A stretch of 64,000 bases of DNA from Callorhinchus milii (taxonomy: Eukaryota): positions 5,146,001-5,210,000 of the forward strand of contig NW_024704761.1 of assembly GCF_018977255.1 (NCBI RefSeq). The letters run 5' to 3'. The notes below the pieces were generated by a model that was given only the letters and a program-made list of their open reading frames with translations, searched no databases and had not been told where the DNA came from. Both the position numbers and the translations under genes were made by a program. Positions 1 through 13,644 of this stretch are shown here, piece by piece. The first letter of the stretch is position 1. Every line of letters begins with the position of its first letter.

Positions 1-212
1 TTTATGTTGTAAGGGACGAGAAATGACTGTTTGAAACTTAATAAAGCCCATCTGAACAATGGTTATCACAAAGTATTGAGGTTTAATCGCAAAACGGATT
101 ATGTCAGATAACTCACCTTAAGAGGCAGCTCTCGGAGGCAGTTCACTGTGACAAGACAGTACAGTGTTGGTAAACCTACCTGGCAGCTGGTGAAATAGTG
201 CTATCGCCCACA

Positions 213-322
213 AGATATACAGTCAATTCACTTTACAGTATATCCTGTGAAGCGCTTTGAGGCGTCTCGAAGACATGATAAGGTGTTATATCAAATACAA
301 GGATTATTATTATTATTATTAT
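213..322 (+). mobile_element. SINE 3' fragment with (ATT)n tail
   Basis: atatacagtcaattcactttacagtata...gtgaagcgctttgag...caaggattattatt. Other 3'-only copies: 2700(-), 3388(-), 6950(-), 8727(-), 10230(-), 12683(+), 23290(-), 37395(+), 38898(-), 41330(-), 45630(-), 47888(-), 49858(-), 50590(+), 54985(-). Confidence 0.8.
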
Positions 323-1089
323 CAATCGCAGGCTATGCGAGAAATTAAAACAAATCTATTTTACTGCGCTGTGAAACTGGGCTGTTGAAATAACTTCCAA
401 CATCCTTGGTTCAAAGCTGGCCACAACTTGATGATAGCAAAACTGCATCCTCAGATGAAACTCACCCAAAGCCACAAAGTAGGCCTGAGTTTCCGCAAGC
501 AGTCAATAGTTTCCTTGTACCTAGTGACACTCTGATGTGGTTTCAAGTGCGTAGACTGATGTTAAACCTTTAGGAAGAATGTCTGGGCTGGCTTGAAAAT
601 TCTTTTTTTTTTGCAATGTGAAAGCTCCATTTGTGACAAGGGCAAGCAAACGCCGAGGCCTAAAACAAAACGCTTGGAATTCTTTTAACATTCCAGCGCC
701 CAGCGGCAATAGAAAAATAAACACAAACAATAAATAGCACGCTCGGAACAAGACACTCAAGCTCCCCTCCCGATTGAGAAAATCTCCTTCTTTTATAGGT
801 TATATATACATATATATATATTTACAGTATATATCAAAGAGACAAGTTCTTCTGTTGAGATGTTTATTTTATTTCGAGAGGAAGTGTATTTTTATAGAAT
901 TGCTACATGATCCTCAATGCTCTAAGGTTCCCTGTACACTTAACAGTGCCTCTCAGTCTCCCTCAATCCAGCGTTTTATTCTGTTCAGAGGTAGTTTGGG
1001 GGTGTGAGGGTGACCCACATTGTCCTGTTTGCTGCCCTACAAGCCTAGTCATGATGCCAAAGGAGGAGAAACTAATGAATTAAGTGAGG

Positions 1090-1387
1090 ATAATAATAAT
1101 AATCCTTACATTTGACACAGCGCTTTATCACGTCATCGACACGTATCAAAGCGCATCAGAGAACGTATCGTAAAGTGAAGTGACTGTATAATTTGTGGAC
1201 GAATCGGCGGCAGCCCATTGCGCACAGCTGTGTCCCACAAACAGTCGCGGACCGAGTGACCAATTTTGGAGTTTTTGGGGTGGGGGGGGATTACTACCCC
1301 CAGAAAGCGGTCCGCCAATCGACTAAACAACCGGGTTCCTACTTGCCGCTGGCTAAACAGAGGCGTGTGGAGTAAGGGAACTTGCAG
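1090..1387 (-). mobile_element. tRNA-derived SINE, long subfamily, head missing
   Basis: Contains the central aaccgggttcctacttgccgctggctaaacagaggcgtgtggagtaagg block and the (TAA)n tail. Confidence 0.85.
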
Positions 1388-4076
1388 GATCGCTCACTAA
1401 CGCACAGAAATTCCGCCCAGCCGTTAAGAGTTAGCCTGACCTGTAACCGCTTTCCATTTTAACATACAAGATTGGGCAGATTGTGGAAAATTCTGAAATT
1501 CCAGTCTTCGTTCGGGAGCCAGCTTAACAAAAACCCAGAGAAACCAGCTTCCAAATTAAGCAAAATAATCCTTTTTTTAAAAAAAAATCAAATTATTGTT
1601 TCCCCTTTTTCCTCCCAACACTTGGTGTATTACTGGTGTTCCTATTGTTTTAAGTTCCCTCCCACGACTTCAGTGTTATTGGCGAGATTTAATTTCAAAG
1701 TGTGCGAGTGTGTGTGTGCGGGGAGGGGGGAGGGGGCTGCCAATCTGCGTTGAAACAATTGACCACATTGTATAAGCAGTTTTGCTGGAATTTCGATGGG
1801 ATCCAATTCCAATAAATGTATCATAGCCTTGTTTTAGGAAAACGCAACTGGCTTGGGGCAAGCCGATAGTTTGTAGGTCAAACTCCAAATGTAATTTCTT
1901 CCCCAATTTCCCTCAGGATCAGCTGTAAAATAATCAGACCGGCACTGGTACTAATCTTTAGTAGAATATATTTACAGCTAAAAATTTAAACGATGGGGGG
2001 GGNTGCGGGGGCGGAGTGGGGGAGAGAAGAGTGGCACTTTTAGCCGTTTCTCCCATCCCTGACAGAAACAGTTTCATCTACAAATCCAGTGCTGTTTAGA
2101 GATTGTACCCCACTCAGCCTTCAATCCTGGTCTTGATTTTTTCTCTTGATATACTTTAATTTATGTTTGGCCTCATAACCTGGTACCTCTGCGTTCAAGG
2201 AGATTTATTGAGGGGTCATCTGTATGCAAACCTACCACACGATCCCACAGCAATTATAGGCTTTTTAGCTGCCAAAAAACACTGTGCTCTCAAATTATAG
2301 TAAATTACCCATTCCTTTTACTGGCCCACAGCTTTGGAATTCTTTACCAAACTATGTGCATGTGGCTTATAATCAAGTTTAAAGAGCAATCATTCAATTA
2401 TTTACCACAAAAAATATCGTTGTAATCGGACTTAATCTGTTCTTATGTCACTGTTTCCAAAATGTAATTTGTGCTCTTGTATGACTTCCTTATGCCTCGC
2501 TATTGTTACTGCTCTGGTGTTGTTTTATTAAATTTGAGCAGATGAGGCTGTGTGTTTGAACGCCATGTTTCATTATCACAGACTGTTCCCTGGATGAGGG
2601 ATCTCTTTTTAATCGCTCCGAGGTATCGAGGCCGGTGGATTCATCGGGGCAAAGGTTATTTTTTTGCTCGTCCCGAATAGAACTTCGGAGGTCCACAAAA
2701 TAATAATAAGAATCCTTGCATTTGATATAGCGCTTTATCAACTCTTCGAGACGTCTCAAGGCGCTTCACAGAATATACTGTATAGTGAATTGACGGCGTA
2801 TTTTGTGGGCGAAGCGATGCTCAAAAAAGCACCTGAATTGAAATGGGATCCGACTTCATTCAAGTCATTCGGTGTATTTAAAATCTGTGTTTGTAAGTCG
2901 CAATACAATTTACATTTATACAGCGGCTTTAACGTCTGGAGGACGTCTCAAAGCACTTTACACTCTGGGCTCGGCACTTGAGCGGGGTGGGTCTGCGGAG
3001 GGCTGAAGAGGGAAGGGGAGGCGAGGGGAAAGATGACTGAAAGCGCGGGCAAAGAGCAGGGGCTTGAAGAGTTTCAGGTTTACTTGATGAACGGTTTCAC
3101 AATGAGTAAGATGAGGTTTCCAATTTGTCTTCAGGCAAAACTAGAGTTGTGATTGAGGCAAGGCTTTGGGGGTGGAAGGAGGGTGGGGTGGAAGCTTCAA
3201 AGCATTACTTCATCTTCCATTGTAGCCAGGGGATTGAAATAAAGATCAAACCACAAGTGGATGGGTTGAAAATGCGTCTGGAAGGGATCACGGTCATGAA
3301 CACACAGAGTGAGAAGAGTTTGAATCATACACTTTGGCTTTGAATTCCAAGGGGAAAAAAATATGAAAGCTTTGAGGTGTCACTGCTAATAATAATCCTT
3401 GCGATTGATATAGCATCTTGTTACATCGAAACATCTCAAAGCCCTTCACACTATTTTCCAGCAGTGTCGTAGCTGTGAGTCTAGTGGTGAACTGAAAACC
3501 ACGTTATGTATGATACAATATTTGCTCTTGTGGGTTATAATGCAATACCTCGCTTCAGGAAAAAAAATCCTATTGATCGAATGATCAATGGAATCATCCA
3601 TAAGAGGACTGGATAAGATCGAAACAGACATAGTAAGGGTTATGGGGAAAGAGTGAGAGAGTGGGATTATGTATTTTTTTTGAATGTGACAAACTCCCCA
3701 GAGAACGGTGGAGCAGCCATGATAGCTCTGTATTTTTCTTGTTTTCATGGGGGGAGGTGAAATGATATGATATGGTAATTATAATTGTATTTTGTCCTAT
3801 CCTACTCATCTGCTCACCCCCAACACTCGGCTAATTTAGGCTTGCTGCATGATGCCCTCCCACTCCTCCACATTCCCCCCCCCACCCCAAGACATCACCG
3901 GTGATTGATTACCGTAAACCAATTAACACAAGGCACGCACTAAGGATTCCGGCAAATTTGCCTTTATATTTCTTTAAAGGTGAGTTGGAGTTGAGAAGAG
4001 AAAGTGCTATCATCATATCATAAATCCATATGAAACAGGTCTGAAATCCCAATTCATCCCAGCAAACAGGAGCGCC

Positions 4077-4153
4077 TTGTCTTAAAATTTAAGATGATCA
4101 GAAATCTGGAAACGCGTTTCTACAATTCTGCGCTACCGTAAATTTTAAGACAA
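4077..4153. repeat. Palindromic (MITE-like) hairpin
   Basis: ttgtcttaaaattta (4077-4091) and its exact reverse complement (4139-4153), with central palindrome gaaacgcgtttc. Confidence 0.8.
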
Positions 4154-5864
4154 ATTTGTTTCACAGACGAGGTGGAAATTTGGGTCTAATGTGGTTAAAT
4201 ACAGATTGGTGGATTCTTATACTGTTCAAGACTTGCTCATGTGCCTGCTAATGTTCCATTATAAAATATTGACTCAACGCTCAACTTCTAACACGCACAG
4301 AACCCTCAAAGCAACCGGTAATTGCAAAATCTGACACCTATCCAAAAAGGAGACCGAGTTCTTTAATTCAACAGGAAAAAGGTGTGAGGTAATATGGACT
4401 GTTTGGACACAGACCCGGGCTTTAGCTCTGTTCGAAATTAAAAGCAAGTGATATACGGTGTCTGTCAGAGAGAGACGTTCTGCTGACTCAATGCTGCAGG
4501 AATGTGTCGGTCCGAACTGTTTTTAATTTCTGGCGTAATTGTCTCTGGAGGGCTGGGTTATGAAAAGGTTCCTGTGCAAAGGAACTCACTTTGGTGAAAT
4601 TACAGGCACGAATTTGGCTTTGCTTCGCTCCCATTTGCTGCGGTTGTTGAGATTTTTATCGGGAGGGCCCTGGCACCAACCGGATTCGGGGGCTTTTAAC
4701 CGGGCCGTATTCCTGATGGTCACGTGAGGCTCTTCAAAAAAGAGATGGTACCTTCTCCCGGTGTTCCGGCTGACAATCCTCTAGACTTATTGGTCATTTT
4801 ACCTTATGGCTGCTTGTAGGACGATGCTTGCACAAAATGGCTGCCGCGATTGCCAATAAAAATAAATTCACTGCACAGGATAGTTAAATACTGTGAGTTC
4901 TTTCTCCTTTCTTTTCCCCACCCCTCTCTCGCGCTCTCTCTCTCTCTCTCACATCCATTCCGAATGCTCCGATGAATGGCTGCAGTGTTGGCCTGCAGCC
5001 TGCATCAACCCATTACATTCCCACAGCTCGCCCTGTGTGTGAGTCTTTCACCTTTCGTCGTGTTGGCATTCAGTAATGGGCTAGTGTCATTCCATCCAAA
5101 CCTGTGCTGAAAACCTGGTGGATTGTGGCTTCCATTGAAACCCTGAACCTTGCCTTGCTTGGAGGCCCACCTGGTTTATTCTTTGTGAGCATCAGCTTCG
5201 AGCTGTTTGAGGCTTGGAGTGGTCAGGTCTGGATCCAGACACAAAGCCAGAATTCTTTTCCTTCAGCCCAATGTTCACCTTTGTCAAAATCTTTCCCCTC
5301 CCTTTCTCCAGCAATCCAGCACATCTCCCCAGGAGATCTTCCCTGTCTCGTTCCTGAATCCATCTGTCCCTTTGGGAATACCAGCGCATGCGGGCACACG
5401 TTTCAGAGATTCTGTGTGAGGGGAGGAACAAATTCATACAGCACAACTCCGCTCGGTGCTGCCTGCCCACACGCTACCCACTAAAACAACCTTTGCCTTG
5501 CCAATGAGCAAAACAAATGCTTCATTCATTGCAGATACAAAAGGGTGTGGAAAGGGTGAAGCAGACATGAGGGAGAAGGGAGTAGAGGGGTGTAGGAGGA
5601 GATTAGGAGGGGTGGGTGCTCATGTGGAGCATAAATACCGGCATAGACTACTTGGGCCAACATCTTATTTCCGTGCAATACCACTCTAAGTAACTCTATG
5701 AATAAGTTGTTCTTCGGGTGGTTCAATTTCTGCTCTCACAGACTGTATTCCAGAATGAATCCTCACTGTCACCGAGGCACAGAATTCAGGAACATTCCCT
5801 AATGCCACGCACTGAAAAGCTAGTCTGGCACGTCAAAGAGATTTAGATAATAAGAATAATGCTT

Positions 5865-6365
5865 CCTCTTGTTATGGTGCCTTTAAACGTTGTTGTGACG
5901 TCTCAAAGCGTTCACAGAATTTTACTGTGAAGCGCAATGACTGTGCGTTTGTACGAAAAACGCGGCTGCTGATTTGGGCAAAGCGCCTCACAGGATATGC
6001 TGTAAAGTGGATGGACTGTGTATTTTGCGGGTGAAACACAGCAGCTAGTTGCGCGCAGACAGGCACGGGGTGAGCGATCAATTTTATTTGGGGGATTGTT
6101 GACCAGGACACCGGAAGAAACTCCCTTCTCTGTTTGAATAGAGCCACGGGATCTTTAGAGTGCACCTGAACAGGCAGACGGGACCTCGGTTCAACATCTC
6201 ATCCACAGGACGGCAGCTCCAACAATGCATCATTACCCGCAGCACCGCATTTGAGCGTCAGCTGAGATGCTGCGATTCCAAGTGCCGACGTGGGGTCTCG
6301 AACCAACAACTTTCTGACACGAGAGCGCGAGAGGCGAGAATGCTACCACAGTGCCAGGCTGGCAC
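5865..6365 (-). mobile_element. Deu-domain SINE (SacSINE1/AmnSINE1-like), near full length
   Basis: Contains the reverse complement of the recalled DeuSINE core (GGATGAGAyGTTrAACCGAGGTCCCGTCTGCC...AAGATCCCGTGGC...GGTGTCCTGG), a degenerate tRNA-like head and the shared tail. Confidence 0.78.
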
Positions 6366-6446
6366 GCTGTGCACTTTGTTGTTGCTGAACATTTGTCTGG
6401 ACAGATTTTGGAAATCTGTTCTCTGTCACAGGTAGATATTTCCATT

Positions 6447-6473
6447 GTTCATTCATTCATTCATTCATTCATT
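6447..6473. repeat. (TTCA)n microsatellite
   Basis: ttcattcattcattcattcattcatt. Confidence 0.9.
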
Positions 6474-6704
6474 GCCCGTTTCCAATGAAATAAATTGCCT
6501 TTTAAAGTGAATGGCAGCAGCCCAGAGCAGTCCTGAAGGAGCTGACAATGCTAGTTAGGATTGTTTAAGGACCTTGTAAAACTTCACCATTGGCATTGGG
6601 TTTTTACACTCCAAATAAATCATATCTATTTTAATGAAAAGCAGCGGCAATTCATGTACTGGTTCATAAAACCGAGTAAACCAACTTTGACTGAACCGAT
6701 GCAG

Positions 6705-6945
6705 ACGTGCTATGTCTGAGGCGCGCGATTAAACCAAGGTCCCGGACGTCTGCCTTTTCTGGTGGACGTCAAAGATGCCGTGCGAATAGAGAAGGGAGTT
6801 TCTCCTGGTGTTCTGGCCGACAATCTTCCTGATGAACTCAGTCATTCATTTCATGGCTTTGCGAGGAATCTTGCTGCGTGCAAATGGGTCATCCAAAGCG
6901 ATCACTACACTTGACACCAATTACCGTACCTGGGAAGCGTTGTAA
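6705..6945 (+). mobile_element. Deu-domain SINE, diverged
   Basis: ttaaaccaaggtccc...gtggacgtcaaagatgcc...ggtgttctggcc aligns by eye to 13645-13965. Confidence 0.65.
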
Positions 6946-9900
6946 TAAATAACAACCCGTGCATTTGATATAGCACCTTATCACTTCTTCGAGACTTCTC
7001 CAAGCGCTTCATAGGATTTTTACCAAAGAGTAGTGACTGTAGGATTTTTGTGACATTTCAATGTTATGAGCGCTCTATCAAACTCAAGGATCATTAAGGA
7101 GGTATCTGAACCAAACTTAGAATTCTAATGACAACCTCTGCTCCTTTTTCCATTCACAACCATTACTTTGGCTGTAACCCAAGCAAACTGTGTGAGAACA
7201 CAAGAGAGGTGGAGTACCCTTCCCCTCCTCACTCCCCAGTTTATTTGATTCCATCCTTAAAAAAAATACCCATATTAATCAATCCTGGACGAGACTAGAT
7301 TGTCTAGTGACTTCATTACGTATAGGTCTGCAACCTCAGTTAAAACAGAGGCGAAAGGTGAAGAAGGCAAGCTTGAGACATCCAAATCAATAGACAGATA
7401 AAGAATCGTTACATTTGAAACAGGTCTTTCATAAGAACATAAGAAATGCTAGGCAAGAAAACCAGACCAACGTCCATCTAGATCGCTTTCCACCTTCCTG
7501 GCGGTCACATACAGAGATATCCCAAACCACCTGCGCAATATATCCTTTCACGGAGGAAGGACATTTTCGAAGGTTTTATTCCAGGTTTTCCCGTTTTTTT
7601 TTAAAGAAATGCAGAAAAAACGGATTCCAAATCAGGAGTGAATGTTAAGAATTTTCCCGTGGGAAAATTTAGTGGCCTTGAAACTGTTTCAAAGGAAGGC
7701 TGAGACTGGGTGGAATTTCTGACCAGCGGCTTTTCTCATTGAGCCATTGGGGGAAGATATGAGAAAGAATAGTGTGTGTGTGTCTGTGTTGGGGGCGAAG
7801 TTACTGAGGGACTTTCAAAATTGCTGCCAAACTGGGCTTGTGCTCCATGGAACCCACTTGGAACCTCAATAATACGACCATCGATAAATTGATGACATAA
7901 ACGTGTAATCGTGTCACCCCCTTCGGAATCATGCTGAGAAATGATAGACGTCTCTTTGGGGCTAGTTTTTACAGAGGTGTATATATATATATATATAAAA
8001 TATATGTATATTGTTGAACATTGTTGCACTTCGGAGAAAGAGAAGCATTGTCCCACAGCTGAGGGAACGCTGAAGCCAGGAGTGGGATTTGGTGCGAGCT
8101 TTTTTTTAAAAAAAATCTCATCTGGTTCACTTTAATCAGTCAGGCGAGGCAGCTTTTTTTTAAAAAAAAGATTGTCTCATTAACAGACAAGGCTGGCCTT
8201 TCCTTCACCTTCCTGTCTGGAGAGTATCCAGAGGCCACATCATTCCTCCGCTCACATCTGGAGTGGGGTTAGGCTGCATACCAGCGACACAGTGCTCAAT
8301 CACGGCATTGAGGAACCAATTTCGCCTCGGAACCCGACGGCAAATGGCAACCGAGGAGGTGGGAGCTCTCGATTTTCCGTTGCTTCCTTTTTTTGGTTCA
8401 AAGTGACTGATGGGACAGTCACGCGCACAGAGCCCTCCATCGCTCGGCCACACTCTCAGCATCGTTTTAAATTCAGACCGACGGCAAGAGAGAAGGAGAT
8501 TGCGTTTCGTAAGCCCCCTCCCCCCCCAAACCCCCCCCCCCACCCGCCCACATTGTCAAGATTTGGTAGAATTTAATTCCGGCAGCGATTGCTTTCCGTA
8601 AGGTAAGTGCAACAGCCAGTAATAAATAAATAGTAAGTGCAGGCTAGGGCACCCCTTCCTTGACAATGCAGCGTATTTAGTTGCAACTAATTGCTCTGTA
8701 GATTTAAAAAGAAAAAAAACGCACACAATAATAATCCTTGCTACGTTTGATGCAGCAACTATTGCGTCAGGAGGTCGTCTCAAAACGCTTTACAGGATTT
8801 ACTGCAACTGCTTAGTTCGTAGGCGAACGAGGCAGGCCATTTGAACACACCCACGTCCCACAGACAGCCATGACATGAGTAACCAGTAGAAAAATGGGCT
8901 AAGTTTCACAATCGACCGGTCACCCAAAAACAATCTAAATGTTTTTTTTTGATAAAGTAAGATTTGAAGCTGAACCTAGGGGCGGGGAGAGAGTCAGTCA
9001 GTCAGAGAGAGTCAGAGGACGTTGGACTGTTATTGGGTTAAGTCACCAGCAACTGATTCAAACCAGTATTGTGACATTACTCGGCTCGGCAACAGCTGTG
9101 TCAATAGCAGACGCGCAGCGTTCATTGTGAACGCCGTACGTCACTGCCACCGAGACAGAGAACGAGAGCCACAGGTTCCAGACGCTCGCTCGTTCCATGA
9201 TGCAGTCACTGGCAAAGGCTTCACTTGGGCAAAATAACCCCATCAGGTCGCCCGACCTTGTATCGAGCCAGAAGAACGGACACAAGAATCCTAGCGATTG
9301 CAGTGCAGGAGGAGGCCATTTCGGGCCCATCGTGCCGGTGTTGGGTGTTCGTTTGCTGCACCCTTTTTTTTTTACGGTGATATAGAGCCTTTCACTTCGG
9401 GAGGACGTTTCAAAGTGCTTCACAAAACTGACCGGGGTCTCGAGAGAGAGGTGGTGGAGGGGTGAACCTGAAGTATGGTCCAAAAAGTTTCAAGGTGGGC
9501 TTGAAAGGTGGGGTGGGAGGGGGAACCCCCTTACTAAGCACCTAAGGTTCACTTTTAACACATCTGCATCAAACGTATAATCGCCCAAGTTGTACATCTG
9601 CCCAAGTCCCATTCAAGATTTTATATTCTACGCAAGTTTGACATAACTCGTAAGTCGTATTAAATGTATGGTCCCAAGTGATACGACTTACGTGTATAGA
9701 ACAACGTACACCTCGGTCAACTTGTCTTTCATTTGGGGAAATTTATTTTGCACTGTACAAAAGCGAAGCTATTGTCATCCCTTGCTCAATGATCCAGTTT
9801 CTTCACGTCTCTCGCAAGTCCGAATAAGAATCTCCACCTCAAGTGTCTCCACGTGAATCTTTTTCCAGCTATTCAAATTCTGTCTCTTCTATCTCCTCTG

Positions 9901-12900
9901 CCCTCAAGTGGCAGAACACGAGAAAGCAGGACTGCAGTGAAGCACTCAACCATCTCACAATCATGGTATCCGCACATTTGTAACCGCTGTTGCTCAGTTT
10001 GAATTAAAGGGCTGAAAGTTAATTTTAAGATATGCTTTGAATGAAAATACAGAGGGTAAGGAGTGACGTCAGTGTTCAAAGAGGTCACATTTATTATGAT
10101 TTAGTATTATTATTATTATTCATAGCAATTCCTGGATTTGGTCTCGTGCCTTACTACTTATGCTCAAAGAATTTCACAGGACTTGTATTGCAAAGTATAA
10201 TCACTCTGTATTTGTAGGGAATCAAACAATCATCCCTGCATTTGGTATCGCGCCTTTCACATTGGGAGGATGTCTCAAAGAGTTTCACAGGATTTACTGG
10301 TGGCTGCTTATTTATTTGTAGGCAAATGTGGCAGCCAATTTGCGCACAGCAACGTCCTGCAAACAGTGCACTCGACAAGCGATGGTCTTTTCGGGAGATT
10401 TGTTTCTTTGTTATGTAGCGCAGAGAGCTGCACGGGGCATGTATTGCTCCGAAAGTCAGGTCAAAGATTGTACAGAGTTTTGTTTTGAACCAAGTTTTTA
10501 AAATCCATTGCACGCAACTCTAACAACAAGCATAGTGTCTCCTCTGTGGCCGTCAGTAACTCTTTGGGCTGAGGCTTTGCACTATCAATCTTCCTGATCT
10601 AGTTTTGTGTCACGTCTGGGTTCACAGACAGGATTTGCTTCCCCTCCCTCTTTCCCGTAGGCAAACACAGTACCTGTACTGTGTACTGTGAAGCTCTGCA
10701 CCATTCCTGACTGCAAATGCATCATCCCCACCCTGTCACTGGCTCTGGCCTTCAAACAACTACTAAACCATTAGTCAGTTTCCTCTGAAAATGACGGCAA
10801 AACAAGGGCGGGAGGGGAAGGAACTTTGGCTACAAAACGTGCACTGTGCTTTACAGTAAATTCTGGATAGCGCTTCGAGATGTCCTCCCGACGTGAAAGG
10901 CGCTCAATAAATGGAATCTTGTTGTTGTTGTTGAAGGCTCTGTGTGAAATGCAAGGATTATTCTCTTTTAACGCAAGGCACAGCAACTTCGCTCCTCAAA
11001 ACAACCGGTCTTTCAACCGAGGGCAACAAAGGAGCTATTCTTCCTGTAGATAACGAAAGTGAATGTCGCCCGGCAAAGCGAAAACAGTGATCAGTTCTTA
11101 ATTGAAACTCCAACTTCCCGAAGACTCCACGAAGAGAAGAGTTGTGAAAAATGAGCACAAAATTAAGGACATAACTTATTTTATGTACACACACGCGCGC
11201 GCCACGTTTATTTCTGCCAATTTTTCACTCTTCCCTTCCTGAATCTATTTTTATCTCCTTTATTTTGTCACCTGTATGGAGTCACTAATGACAGCTGAAT
11301 TTCCTCCCTCTAATCCAGGGACATAGAGACCAAATCTAATGCCCCAACTTGTCACCTTGGCTCAGTCTGTTACACTGTGGAGTGACAATGATCAACACTT
11401 TGATGAAGCGTTGGAACGTCCTTTGGATGAAATGTTAAACGTTAAAGGTCCCGTCTAACCCACTCAGGTTGGACGTCGAAATTCCAGCAAAACTGCTTAT
11501 ACATTGCTTATTAATGGTGGGACACCTTGGTTCAATGTCTCACCTGAAGGACGAGACTTTGACGCAGCAAGTATTATTATTCACTCACTCATTACCCTGG
11601 CGCACTTGTAAAACCGAAGAAATTTACAGCGCAGAAGGAGGCTATTTGACTCATCGAGTCTAAACTGGCTCTCAGAGAAAGTTGTTCATTCGATCCCACT
11701 GGCCTGCCTTATCCCCAAACCCCTTCCAGCCAACAAGGTATGGGATTCGAACTTTTAACCACTCAGCCGTCGGAGGAGCGACTTTGATTCGCAATAGGAG
11801 AACGTCATGAGAGCCCAGCGCTCTGTTGTTGCTGAAGAACATAGAAGCAGTGGTTCGTGAGCGCAGCAAGAATTTTAATTTGTCCGAATGGATAGCAGCT
11901 GTTACACATTTTTCCGACTGCCAAGGTGGTCTGCGCCCAGCGCGGAAACACTGAGGTTAAGAATACTCGACGGCTGTGTTTGCTCACAAGTACACAGTCG
12001 CTGCATTTTAACAGTAGGATCCTGTGAAGAGCTTGGAGACGTTTTCACACTGTGTTAAGGCACAGTATCAAATTCAAGGACGATCATGATTCCTTAAGCT
12101 CCGTGCCTCAGCGCTCAATCAATCGCTGCGAAAACAGTCCGATTAATTGAACCATAAAATAAGCAATTTTTTTCCAAGCTAAGTCAATGGCGCAGAGTGC
12201 AAAAATCTCCACTGCCCTGAGGTTTACTGAGGAGGTTGAGGAGATTATTCTGGGTGCCAATCCTCCAGCCGGGGGCGACTGACAACGGACAGAGGAAAAC
12301 AGGGAGAGTTGGCCCAAGGTACAATTAATTGCCTTGCTCGGTGAGTGAGCGGTGAACTGCAACTCAATTTTGTTTCGCTTTGAAAGTTGTCGCACAAAGT
12401 CACTGTAGGTCAAAAGCAGTGATTGATGGCTGGTGCACGCCATCCATTGCTGCCAGCCAAGGAGTCTAATCTTAGCGCCCGAAAAGGAGATCTCGCTAAA
12501 GAAAAAACAATTAAACGGTCCCTTGAGCTTCTGAGTGTATTTGGCAGGATGCGTGATAACTGGTCACTTCGCTTTGCCATCCGAGGGCCTGAAACACCTC
12601 CTGGTCTCAGCCTTAAGACTGCCGTCCTAATCTTGCAAGATGGTGCGGAAATTTAGAAGGATTCTTAAATTCGGTCTTGGGTTTCTCGCCCAGAAAATAT
12701 GCAGTCGATTCACTTTACAGTATACTCTGAAGCGCTTTGAGGAGTCTCGATGACATGATGAGGCGCTATATCAAATGCAAGGCTTATTATTTTTACTATT
12801 AATTTGGACTCTGCTTTCCTGCAGTTCTGGAAAACCATCTGACTTTCCATTCTATACTGTCTTAAGACTGTGGACCTTTAAGGCCATGATCGGGAGATAC

Positions 12901-13644
12901 TTTGATGGCTCAAAGATGTCCTCATAGTTTACGGCGGTTTGCACTCCTAAACCCTCACATGCTTAGAATCCATCAACAACCACAATGACAACTTGCATTT
13001 ATGTAACACTCTTCACAGAGACAGAGAGGGGTTGGATAGCGTCAATGTGATTTATGAAAAAACACTCCAATCTGATGCAGGTTACCTCTAAAGATTCATT
13101 GCCTAAACTCTGGGGAACGTACTTGACACGAACGCAGCTTCCAGTATCTACGAATTTCTCTCGCTGTTCTCTGGCTCCGTTAACCTGCTTTTTCTCCCCC
13201 CCACCCCCCCCCCCCCAAATGTATAAAAGGAAAACCTCTTAAGGCTCAGTGGCGGAACAAAGCACAAGGTGGCAGCAGAGAAGGGATGATGGAAGCAACA
13301 CCTTTGCTCGCTTTGCTGTGCTCAGGCCGGGCAAATGTCAAGGCAACATCGAGTCTCCTGTTCACGGCGAGTGTGCGCACAGAGGAGGAATGTGACAATG
13401 AAAATTTTCCTTTTCTCCTCATCTCTTCTCATCTAATTTCTCGGGATTTTTACTTGGGGGGGGTGAGGGCAGCCGGGTGTCTGACACATGCGGAAACCCA
13501 TCACCGTGCTTAGAATTATCCAAACCGAGCTGAGATTTCCCGTGCGGCTTCTCAGCTTGGTTTGGATGCTCTCCAGAGAGACGTTGAAACCCGACAGTAA
13601 AAGGTTCAATCAAAACCCGAGGGAGATTGTGGGGGGAGCGTTTC

